A model generated the notes under the pieces. That model saw only the letters and a list, made by a program, of their open reading frames with translations, searched no databases and was not told the DNA's origin. From a virus, in IMG/VR virus record IMGVR_UViG_3300008262_000008: a stretch of 64,000 nucleotides of DNA. One strand, 5' to 3'. Positions 9,410 through 17,880 of the stretch are shown here, in pieces. The number at the start of each line of letters is the position of its first letter. Position 1 is the first letter of the stretch. The translations under genes were made by a program, and so were the position numbers.

Positions 9410-9438
9410 TTGACAAACATTCAAATTATATGTACAAT
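9410..9438 (+). promoter_or_regulatory. Candidate plus-strand (antisense) sigma70-type promoter
   Basis: Plus strand TTGACA-17 nt-TACAAT, pointing into the 3' end of the minus-strand gene 9470..9898. Confidence 0.5.
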
Positions 9439-9469
9439 CATTCTTGTAAAGGATGAAATACTTAGAGAT

Positions 9470-9898
9470 TCAAAGCTTCTTAAATAATCTCTCTAATCTT
9501 TCTCTTTCTGCAGCAACTGAGTTAATATATCCCATCGCTGCGTCAGGTTCAACTTTATTATCTACTTTATCTTCTTCATCCGTTTCTTCGCTTCTTAGAA
9601 ACATATGATAAATGGCAGAAGCTTCTTTAGATGTTGGAGCAATTGATAAAATATCTTTTTCTTGAATAATATAAAATTCTTCTTCAGAAAATCTCATCCA
9701 TTTCGAAACTCCAACACCTTGAACCTTTTGCCCATTTTCTCCAACTCGTGTGATAACTTCGACAGAGCAAGGATTTGAAACATACAATACAGATTGTTCT
9801 CCTTCTTGCGACAAAAGACATTCAGCAATAATTTCATCTCCTGACGTGAGTTTAATTACTGCTTCAAATTCTTCTTCGTGTCGAATGTAGTTAATCAT
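9470..9898 (-). CDS. Conserved T4-like cyanophage hypothetical protein (possible Sm-like beta fold)
   Basis: 142 aa directly downstream of uvsW; IKLTSGDEIIA and acidic C-terminal tail. Confidence 0.7.
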   Translation of the reverse strand: MINYIRHEEEFEAVIKLTSGDEIIAECLLSQEGEQSVLYVSNPCSVEVITRVGENGQKVQGVGVSKWMRFSEEEFYIIQEKDILSIAPTSKEASAIYHMFLRSEETDEEDKVDNKVEPDAAMGYINSVAAERERLERLFKKL

Positions 9899-9899
9899 A

Positions 9900-11369
9900 C
9901 TAGTCTTTGATCTTAATTTCTAGAATTTCGTAGTCAAAATTTTCTTCATTATAAATTTTAATTCTTTCAAACAAATGATTTAAGGTGTAATTTTTGAAAT
10001 TGTCTTTAGAAATATCATCAGAGATATCATATAAAACTGCTTGATTTTTATTCTCTCCTTTTCTCAGAACTCTTCCGATTGATTGGAGGTTTCTGACTCT
10101 TGATTTACTAGGGGAAGCAAAGATAACATTATGTAAATTTCGGATGTTAATACCAGTAGAAAAAGTCCCGTAAGAAGCAACGATGATAGCATTGTTTTCC
10201 TTTTCAGTTATAGCTCTAATTCTTTCACGTTCTTCAGTTTCTATTCCACCATGAACAAGAAAGACTTTTCTCTGATCGTCAACACTAGTATTTATAAGTT
10301 CATAAAGAGGGTCTCCATGTTTTTCGACATAGTTGAAGAGTACAAGAGTATTTCCTTGCAGATCTCGACATAAGTTACGAATAAATTTATTCCGACCTTC
10401 ATGGGTGACAATATACTCCATTTCATTTTGATAACTTTCAAATTTTTTAAATTTGTGTTTCAACAATAAAACTTTAATTTTCAAACGAGATAGGTGACCT
10501 TCATTGATAAGATGATTTGTGTTTGTAACTTTATTGCATTTACCAAACAAACCTTCAAGAACTAATTGATTAGTATTGCTACCATCAAGAGTTCCTGTAA
10601 ATCCAACTCTATATTTGCACTGGTGCATTTTAGTTAAAATGCCTGTCAAAGATTTTGCTTTAAATAAATGTGCTTCATCTCCAATAACAGCATCAAACCT
10701 ATCAAACCATGCTTTATTTTCTTTGTAGATTGATTGCCAAGTTGTAATTACTACAGGTTGATCGATATGATATTTGTCTCTACCTGCATAAATTTTATAA
10801 CAATAATCTTCTGCTCTCCATCCATAATCTTCAAAGTCTTTATAAAGTTGCTCTACTAAAGAAGTTGTCGGAACAATAATTAAAACATTTCTATCAGCAT
10901 TAACATGATATCTAACTAAAGAATAAATCATCAAAGATTTTCCAGAAGCAGTTGGAGATAATAAAAGTCTCCTATTAAATCTCAATGCTTCATAAATTGC
11001 CATATACTGATAGTCTCTTACTTTGTGTGGTAAGTGCAAAGATTTTATGAAGGAAACTATTCCCTCAGGACTAATCAATTCATTTTCTTCTTTTGGGTGA
11101 CCATGAAATTTGCAAGTTTCATATTCAAGAGAATAACCTTTAATATCACACCATTCTTCCAAGTATTCTATTAAACCACAATATAATTCTCCTGTTCCTG
11201 GAGAATATAATCTAATTTTGCCGTCCCACAGTTTGTTTCTGTATTGTGGCATAAATTTTGCTGCAGGAACTTCAAAGGTAAAGTATTCTGCAAGTTCTAC
11301 ATTGATGTGAGGTTCTGTTTGTATTTTTAAATAGACTTCGTTCTTTTTCTTGATGATAAGATCACTCAT
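9900..11369 (-). CDS. uvsW: SF2 DNA/RNA helicase
   Basis: LSPTASGKS, IGDEAH, GFTGT, LQSIGRVLR; T4 UvsW-like N-terminus. Confidence 0.95.
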   Translation of the reverse strand: MSDLIIKKKNEVYLKIQTEPHINVELAEYFTFEVPAAKFMPQYRNKLWDGKIRLYSPGTGELYCGLIEYLEEWCDIKGYSLEYETCKFHGHPKEENELISPEGIVSFIKSLHLPHKVRDYQYMAIYEALRFNRRLLLSPTASGKSLMIYSLVRYHVNADRNVLIIVPTTSLVEQLYKDFEDYGWRAEDYCYKIYAGRDKYHIDQPVVITTWQSIYKENKAWFDRFDAVIGDEAHLFKAKSLTGILTKMHQCKYRVGFTGTLDGSNTNQLVLEGLFGKCNKVTNTNHLINEGHLSRLKIKVLLLKHKFKKFESYQNEMEYIVTHEGRNKFIRNLCRDLQGNTLVLFNYVEKHGDPLYELINTSVDDQRKVFLVHGGIETEERERIRAITEKENNAIIVASYGTFSTGINIRNLHNVIFASPSKSRVRNLQSIGRVLRKGENKNQAVLYDISDDISKDNFKNYTLNHLFERIKIYNEENFDYEILEIKIKD

Positions 11370-11797
11370 TAAAATCCACCTTTAAATCTTTGCCATTCAA
11401 TAGCATTTTTGATTTGATACGTTCTATTTGATACCATCTTTAGAATGTTATCAAGATAAGACAGTATCTGATTTATGTATTCTATTTTTAAACCTAGTTT
11501 TTGAAGGTCATCATCTGCCTCCAAAAATAAAGTGATCTCTTCTTTTGTTGTTAGTTTTAAATCAAAAGGCAACTCCTTATACATTTCTTTTGGTGCCTTT
11601 CCCTTATAATACCTCCATTTATCACGCAGCAAAATTTTATACTTAAATTCGTTCTCTTTTTTTATTAGAGAGAACTCATTAAATATAACCATGTATTTTT
11701 GATGTAGTTGTGGAATTCTGGTGCTCTCCACACAAAGAAGATCATCATCAATAACAGAGTCTTCTGCCCACATTTTTTGAATTTCTTCTAAAGTCAT
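11369..11797 (-). CDS. uvsY: Recombination mediator
   Basis: Helical 142 aa ending RTYQIKNAIEWQRF; synteny with uvsW. Confidence 0.9.
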   Translation of the reverse strand: MTLEEIQKMWAEDSVIDDDLLCVESTRIPQLHQKYMVIFNEFSLIKKENEFKYKILLRDKWRYYKGKAPKEMYKELPFDLKLTTKEEITLFLEADDDLQKLGLKIEYINQILSYLDNILKMVSNRTYQIKNAIEWQRFKGGF

Positions 11798-11831
11798 TAC
11801 AAAACCTCACATGTAAATTAATTATAACATA

Positions 11832-12389
11832 TTATTCTTCTCTTCTCTGCCCCCTCAAAGTTCTAATTTCATAAACAGTATAAGCAAATGTTACTTGTGC
11901 AGTAAAGAATTGAACATCATCTGCGGCAACATTAAAATTCAAAGTTGATAGTTCTGTAGGAAATAAATCTTTATATACTACATCAAAATTTGCATTTAAA
12001 TTATTGTTTAATACTTGAAGTGTCCCATCACTAAATTGAACTTTTTTTCTCAACTCTCTTGAATTTGTATTGTCTTGTATAAATTGTCTTCTCTCTTCAA
12101 AATTGTCAGGAACACCTAATGCTCTGATCCAGTTATGTATTTCTAGATAATTTTGTAGATCTTCATCAACCAAAAATGATAATTCTAAAGTACCATATGT
12201 AATGTTTCCATCAATAGGATATGCTTTAAATGGAGTTGGAACATCTACAGTTCCTAAACTGATACTCGGAATATTTGCCTCTTGACAAAAGAATATTGTT
12301 TTTGGCGCACGATCGAGTAAAAACTTAAAACCAATTGGTGATAGAAAGTTTCTATTTGTAATTTGTTTTGAATACCAATCTGATGCCAT
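11832..12389 (-). CDS. gp3: Tail tube terminator / tail completion protein
   Basis: NFLSPIGFKF, ANIPSISLG, YGTLELSFLVDEDLQNYLEIHNW: gp3-type motifs; position after gp23. Confidence 0.85.
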   Translation of the reverse strand: MASDWYSKQITNRNFLSPIGFKFLLDRAPKTIFFCQEANIPSISLGTVDVPTPFKAYPIDGNITYGTLELSFLVDEDLQNYLEIHNWIRALGVPDNFEERRQFIQDNTNSRELRKKVQFSDGTLQVLNNNLNANFDVVYKDLFPTELSTLNFNVAADDVQFFTAQVTFAYTVYEIRTLRGQRREE

Positions 12390-12410
12390 TGAACTAATAT
12401 TCCTTTGTAT

Positions 12411-12418
12411 TATTTATC
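12411..12418 (-). promoter_or_regulatory. T4-type late promoter for gp3
   Basis: Minus strand GATAAATA, 22 nt upstream of ATG 12389. Confidence 0.65.
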
Positions 12419-12421
12419 CAT

Positions 12422-12446
12422 AAAAAAAGAGGGTCCGAAGACCCTC
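12422..12446 (-). terminator. Rho-independent terminator after gp23
   Basis: Minus strand GAGGGTC-TTCG-GACCCTC then T7; cUUCGg tetraloop typical of T4-like phages. Confidence 0.92.
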
Positions 12447-12466
12447 TGAGTAACCTTGTGAATGGA

Positions 12467-13846
12467 TCACATTAGGTTCTTAACTTGTACACGTCTGTAG
12501 TATACGTTTGCGTTAGCGGTGAGAGCACCGTTACCTTGAGTTAGACCCTCAGCAAATGGGTTAGCAACTAGACCATAACGGGTCTTGAAGCCAATCTTAG
12601 GCTGGAAGGTGTCCTGACCAACGGCACGAACCATCTGGAGAGGAACATATGGGCAATAGAAGAGACCTGCATCATAAGGTGAGGTGCCCTTATAACCCAT
12701 AACATAGAAGTGGTTAGCAGCAACGTTTGCCGAATAAGGATCGACATAAACTTTGATGCGACCGTTGATAGTACCTGCAAGGGTGCTTGAGGTATCATCG
12801 GGGATCTCGTTGGTCTTGCCATTGAGAGGTGAGTTGTAATCGAGAACTCCTGCCATTGCTAGAGCACTTGCAACGTCTGCAGAGCAGATGATGAAGTTAC
12901 CCTTGCCACGACGGGTCTGTTGACCGATTGCGTTAGCATCACGCTCGATCTGGAAGAGTAGACCCTTGAACTTCTCAACTGACCAACGACCGTTGCTATC
13001 AACGTCGAGGTCGAAGATACCAGCGTTAGCAGTGTTGTTCTGAGCACCAGGCTTAGCGATGGTGTAGATAGTACGAACTACTTCGCGGTTGATTTCAGCG
13101 AGAACTTCGGTTGAGAGAATGTTTGCTAGTTCAGTCTCAGCATCAAGACCATGGATTGCCTTGAGGTCTTGTGCGAGTTCTAGCGAGTACTCAGCCTTGA
13201 GTGCGCGTGACTTTGCAGTAACGGTAACTTTCTCGATCGAGAAGCCCATTTCTGCGAAAGCATTTGAACCAGTACCTAGGGTCTCTGATTCATCAGTTCT
13301 CATGCCAGTACCACGGGTATAAGTACCAGGGGTTGCATCGTTAAGAACTGAAGGGTTGGTGCCACTGTGAGCGGTTGAAGAACCGAAACCTGAGGTTCCA
13401 GCTGCATCTCTACCCGAGAAGTCTGAATCTGCTTCGTTGAATAGAGCTTCGGTTGCACCTGCGTTGAAGTCACGGTTAGTACCGTAAGACGAACGCATTG
13501 CGAAAATTAGACCAGTAGGACCAGTCATTGGCTGAACACCGCAGATGTCATAAGCAATAAGCTTAGGCATCGAACGACGAATTAGGCTGATTAGAACTGG
13601 ATCGAAACCTGCAACAGGACCAGTTGAAGTTGCACCGCTGCTAAATCCAGCGAATGATGCACCTGAACCAGTGTTGTTAGTAGGTGATGCTTCTGCAAGC
13701 ATTCCACGCTCTTGGCGAAGGAATTGCTCTTGGTTTTCTAGCAGGACTGAAGTGACAGCCTTCTTGTAAGAATCTTTGATTGGATCAAGATCGTTATGCT
13801 CAAGAATAGGTGCCCACTTTTCCTGCAGATGCTCTGACATGAACAT
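12467..13846 (-). CDS. gp23: Major capsid protein
   Basis: LQEKWAPIL, GFDPVLISLIRRSMP, VQPMTGPTGLIFAMRS, YCPYVPL, FQPKIGFKTRYG. Confidence 0.98.
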   Translation of the reverse strand: MFMSEHLQEKWAPILEHNDLDPIKDSYKKAVTSVLLENQEQFLRQERGMLAEASPTNNTGSGASFAGFSSGATSTGPVAGFDPVLISLIRRSMPKLIAYDICGVQPMTGPTGLIFAMRSSYGTNRDFNAGATEALFNEADSDFSGRDAAGTSGFGSSTAHSGTNPSVLNDATPGTYTRGTGMRTDESETLGTGSNAFAEMGFSIEKVTVTAKSRALKAEYSLELAQDLKAIHGLDAETELANILSTEVLAEINREVVRTIYTIAKPGAQNNTANAGIFDLDVDSNGRWSVEKFKGLLFQIERDANAIGQQTRRGKGNFIICSADVASALAMAGVLDYNSPLNGKTNEIPDDTSSTLAGTINGRIKVYVDPYSANVAANHFYVMGYKGTSPYDAGLFYCPYVPLQMVRAVGQDTFQPKIGFKTRYGLVANPFAEGLTQGNGALTANANVYYRRVQVKNLM

Positions 13847-13888
13847 TTGCTTATACTCCTTTTTTGGAAAAATTAACTTTGGCTTAAT

Positions 13889-13896
13889 TATTTATG
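13889..13896 (-). promoter_or_regulatory. Late promoter for gp23
   Basis: Minus strand CATAAATA upstream of gp23. Confidence 0.65.
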
Positions 13897-13908
13897 AATT
13901 AATGTAAT

Positions 13909-14940
13909 TCACTTTGACCAACGACTGATTGCACGAACATAAGTGTCCATGCTTCCAGTTAGTTGAACATTTTCGGTTAAAGTATCTTCAACCTGAGTTG
14001 CGGAAGCTGATTTAGCAAAATATGCTTCCTTGAGAGTTTCAACCTTTGTACGGAAATCACTTTCGTTATGAAACTCTACTGCTTCAGCTAGACCTGCTAG
14101 CTTCTCCTTCTGGATCTCAGAAAGACCCATAGAAATCTCATTCACAATCCCATTCTTGACAAAACTGCCCAACTGTTTGTTGAGCTCAACATTAATACTA
14201 ATTTGCTCATTTAGTTTCTCTTCTAGTGCTTCAACTCTAGTTTCAGCGTCACCTAGAAGATCAACCTTTTCTTCAGAGACATCAATATTATGCTCTTGGA
14301 AAAGATTTCTTAGACCTTGGATGATGCTCTCTCCAATTTCTGCTTTAATGCCACTATCAACTGCTAGTTTATTTTCATCTAACCAGTTGGTAGCAACATA
14401 TGAGAGATAACCATCAACCTTTTCTGCTAATTCTGTTTTAATTGTAGCAACTTCCTCTTCAAGAACTTCTGCAAATGCAGCTTCCATGATTGAATATTGC
14501 TCAGATAATTTTGAAGTTAGAGCTGCTTCAAAGATCGTTTTTGCTTTTTCTTTAAAATCTTCTGAAAGATCTTCACCAAAAACTAAAGCATTGACATCTT
14601 CCTCAACGTCAACTTTGAATGCTTCTTCAACAGTTTCTTCTGCTTCATCAGCTTCAACTTCTTCACCTTCTACTTCAGCAAGAACTTCTTCTTCATCTCC
14701 TTCAGTTTCTTCAGCAACTTTACCAGATGCTGCAGAAGGATGAGTAGTAGGAGCGGATGCTTTGCTCACTTTAGCAGCAACTTTTTTACCAGTGCTTTCT
14801 TTATCAGTTGGCTTGGTAGTCTTAACGTCTGGTCCGCCAATAACTTCAGCTTCGTTGCTTAATCCAGATTTTTCAGCAGGTTTCGCACCTCTGGTAACAA
14901 CCTGTTCTTCTGATAGATCGTGTTCAATTTGTGTTGACAT
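13909..14940 (-). CDS. gp22: Prohead core scaffold protein
   Basis: Acidic coiled coil with FKEKAKTIFEAA and VDGYLSYVATNWLDENK; position between gp21 and gp23. Confidence 0.93.
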   Translation of the reverse strand: MSTQIEHDLSEEQVVTRGAKPAEKSGLSNEAEVIGGPDVKTTKPTDKESTGKKVAAKVSKASAPTTHPSAASGKVAEETEGDEEEVLAEVEGEEVEADEAEETVEEAFKVDVEEDVNALVFGEDLSEDFKEKAKTIFEAALTSKLSEQYSIMEAAFAEVLEEEVATIKTELAEKVDGYLSYVATNWLDENKLAVDSGIKAEIGESIIQGLRNLFQEHNIDVSEEKVDLLGDAETRVEALEEKLNEQISINVELNKQLGSFVKNGIVNEISMGLSEIQKEKLAGLAEAVEFHNESDFRTKVETLKEAYFAKSASATQVEDTLTENVQLTGSMDTYVRAISRWSK

Positions 14941-14981
14941 TATGGAAGTCTCCTTGTCCTAACTTTTCAAATTTCTATATT

Positions 14982-14989
14982 TATTTATA
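14982..14989 (-). promoter_or_regulatory. Late promoter for gp22
   Basis: Minus strand TATAAATA. Confidence 0.75.
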
Positions 14990-14990
14990 T

Positions 14991-15635
14991 TCAAAGAGTT
15001 TTCAAATACATTTCAAATGCATTTAATTGTCTTTGTTCAATATTATGACGAGTAGATTCGTCCAAATATTTTTTAATTTTGTTAACAGTAACTTCTTTAA
15101 TAAGACCGTTATCCCAAATCCACTCTTTCCCTTCCATAATTCCATTCACAAATGCGTCAGGTGCGGAAGGATCTGCTACAATGTCAGCAGCAGTGGCAAG
15201 CATAAAATCTTCACCAACATAATTGATACCATTTTTTTCAGTTAGTGAACCCATGCCTCTCGAAGAAACACCGAGTTTTACACCTTCATCAATAAGATTT
15301 TGAGCAATGATGCCCATTGGTGTTGATAAGATTTTTGCCTTACCGATAAAATTATTTCCTTCTCTAGTGAGAGAAATAATTTTATGAGATACTCTGTCTA
15401 AATTAATAGTTGGACCCTCAGGGTGACCGAGTTCTCCAAGTGCTCTATTGTTCTCAACAAAAGTGTTATTATATTTAGCAACTTCTCTATCAAGAATATC
15501 TACATCATAATATCTTCTATTACGATTAGCAAGATTTCCTTGTAAGAAGACGCCTTCAATATATAGATGTTTTTTTCCGTTCTTTTCTTCGGTTAAAACT
15601 TTTACCTCTTCAATTTGTTCGCTAATTAATTTCAT
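14991..15635 (-). CDS. gp21: Prohead protease
   Basis: YIEGVFLQ, ALGELGHP, GVSSRGMGS, DIVADPSAPDAFV. Confidence 0.96.
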   Translation of the reverse strand: MKLISEQIEEVKVLTEEKNGKKHLYIEGVFLQGNLANRNRRYYDVDILDREVAKYNNTFVENNRALGELGHPEGPTINLDRVSHKIISLTREGNNFIGKAKILSTPMGIIAQNLIDEGVKLGVSSRGMGSLTEKNGINYVGEDFMLATAADIVADPSAPDAFVNGIMEGKEWIWDNGLIKEVTVNKIKKYLDESTRHNIEQRQLNAFEMYLKTL

Positions 15636-15808
15636 TCTCCTTCTCCTGCTAATTGATTTGCAATTTCATTCGCAACAACAGTTTTTCTTGCATCAATCAA
15701 ATCAACTGCATGTTGTTGAAATCCCACTTTAATATCATCAACAATATCAGAATTGCTTACATCAGCAAAAATTTTATCTACAATATCAAATGCAATTTGA
15801 CTGGTCAT
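15632..15808 (-). CDS. Small acidic protein at the prohead core (gp67/gp68) position
   Basis: Hand-translated 58 aa, MTSQIAFDIVDKIFADVSNSDIVDDIKVGFQQHAVDLIDARKTVVANEIANQLAGEGE*. GGAG SD upstream; TGA overlaps the gp21 ATG. Below the ORF-track cutoff. Confidence 0.75.
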   Translation of the reverse strand: MTSQIAFDIVDKIFADVSNSDIVDDIKVGFQQHAVDLIDARKTVVANEIANQLAGEGE

Positions 15809-15833
15809 AAAAACTCCTTTTTAATAATACTAT

Positions 15834-17191
15834 TTAGAATTCTGCTTTTTTCAATTCTGCAGAAGATGGTTGAGCAGGTTCTGCTGGTGGTGCTGCTTGT
15901 GCCATAGCATTTGGATCTTGTGCGCCCATTGCCATTGGATCCATTCCAGGCATTCCCATACCTGCATCCATTGCCATTGGATCCATGATTTTCCCATCAG
16001 CAATTTCAGTTTCAATCTGACCTTGAATTTCTTCAATTTCAGTATCGGTTTGTCTCAATACTTGTCTCTTAATATATTCCATTGAGAAATATCTACCAAC
16101 ATAAGGATCCATAGCACCAAGAAGTGCTAAACGATCATTCATAATTTCGCTTTCTTTTAATTCATTGAAATAGTTATCTGCAATGAAATCATATTGAATA
16201 TGGTTTTTAATTGCTTCCCAATCTTCAAGAGAAATAATTCCTTTGAGTAATAGTTGAGTTTTTAAAATATCATGGAATAATTCAGAGAATTTTTTACGCA
16301 AACGGTTAATAAATTTTTGAAATTTAATTTCATCTCTGCTAATTTCTGCTGATCTACCAATATTAAAAGTTTGTTCACTTTCTAATCTAGAATCTGGAAC
16401 GTTGAGAGACTTATATAATTTTCTTGAGATAATCTATAGATAACAAGACTATCTTCAATCATGCGAAGTTGGTTAACAGATTTGATTGCCTTATGCAAAT
16501 GACTGATAACCATGTTTTTGTTGAGTTCCAAAATACCAGATGGTACATAGCAAATTGCATCAGGAGCAATCTTAATTCCACTGCTATCTGAACCTCTAAC
16601 TCCTTTGGTATTGTAAATATAATATTCTACAGTTTTTTGCGTAAAAACTTCTGATGGATCAACCGTAGGAATATTTGGTTTGTTATCAATTTCTATAACT
16701 TTTCTAATCTTTCTTGGATCAATATAGCGAAGTTCAATAATTCCTTCTCCAGGTTTAGATGGATCAATTACTTTATGGAAAAATAATCTTCCATCAATAT
16801 ACCAACGACGGAAAAGGTCATATGCTCTATTTTCAAAATCCAACAATTCTAATACATGTTGGAATTCTTCTCTAATTAATTTTTTAATTTTATCCGATGC
16901 GTTTAAATTAGATAATTCAATACTGACAGGAACATCATCTAACCCACCGCAAATACTTTCGTTTACAATATCATCTACTGCTTCATCAACTTCAGGTTGA
17001 ACAGCCATGTCTCTATAACGAGTAATCAACTCCCATTCGTTTTTGACAGTTCCATCAATATCTACATACTGACCAAAGTAACCGCCAGCAACGATAGGAG
17101 TTGCTCCGTCTTGATTGTCCTTTTGAACGAAAGAAGGTCCCTTAGGAACCTTCTTTGCTCTTTCAATAGAGTAACCAAACAAATTTGACAT
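15834..17191 (-). pseudogene. gp20: Portal protein gene, interrupted as assembled by an out-of-frame internal deletion at ~16425
   Basis: The N-terminal frame (17191..16427) ends ...MIEDSLVIYRLS. A different frame resumes at ~16424 with RKLYKSLNVPDSRLESEQTFNIGRSAEISRDEIKFQKFINRLRKKF, continuous with ORF 15834..16301. The conserved RAPERRIFYIDVG...MLEDFWLPRREGG...KYFQ block is absent. Confidence 0.88.
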
Positions 17192-17218
17192 ACTATAATA
17201 AACCTAATTCCTCAGAAT

Positions 17219-17226
17219 TATTTATA
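17219..17226 (-). promoter_or_regulatory. Late promoter for gp20
   Basis: Minus strand TATAAATA upstream of ATG 17191. Confidence 0.72.
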
Positions 17227-17232
17227 ATACCA

Positions 17233-17847
17233 TCAGATCTGAAGATTATTGTTTGTTGATGGTACACCAACTTTATTCCAGTATTGAACTTGAAGTTCAA
17301 CTGTAAACTCTTCAATAGCATCATTGCTACCAAAATCTAGATCAATTGCACTTACATTTGTTGGGAATACATTTACAAACTGATATGTTGCTTTTGCATT
17401 TCCTTGGCGATCTAGTTGAGTAACACTCATGTTTTTGAAGTAACCTGAGTTTACATTTGATGATCCAGTTGCACCAGTAGTTGCTGATGAAGCACCCAAC
17501 CCAGCAATAGATGAATAGTTTTCATTATTTGCTTGGATTGCTTCAACCCATGCTTCAAATGAATTTCTTAGAACAAAGTTAGTATCATTGAAAACTGTAA
17601 TTGTCCATGCTTCAAATGTTCTGTCGCCTGCAATCTTAAGAGTACGTCCTCTAAAAGGAACCTCTACAACACCAAGTTGTGATGCTGGTAAATTTGCTGC
17701 TTTAACTAGAAAAGCACCTAGTTTTTTAACATCATCTCCAACACCATTAAGAACTGCTGGAAAATCAATGTCTACTTGGAATAGATTAGGTCTTGCAAAG
17801 TCAGTAATGACTGAAGACTTAAAGGTATCGATTGTGGATCTTGCCAT
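17233..17847 (-). CDS. gp19: Tail tube protein
   Basis: ARPNLFQV, FLVKAANLPAS, FRGRTLKIAGDRTFEAWTITVFND, IEEFTVELQVQYW. Confidence 0.95.
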   Translation of the reverse strand: MARSTIDTFKSSVITDFARPNLFQVDIDFPAVLNGVGDDVKKLGAFLVKAANLPASQLGVVEVPFRGRTLKIAGDRTFEAWTITVFNDTNFVLRNSFEAWVEAIQANNENYSSIAGLGASSATTGATGSSNVNSGYFKNMSVTQLDRQGNAKATYQFVNVFPTNVSAIDLDFGSNDAIEEFTVELQVQYWNKVGVPSTNNNLQI

Positions 17848-17880
17848 GGTTTTTGTCTCCCGTTAAATTTATTTGGTTAA

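Noticed and set aside
16382-16440. Programmed frameshift or intron as the explanation for the split g20
   Set aside because: A frameshift cannot restore ~89 missing codons, and an intron would add sequence rather than remove it.
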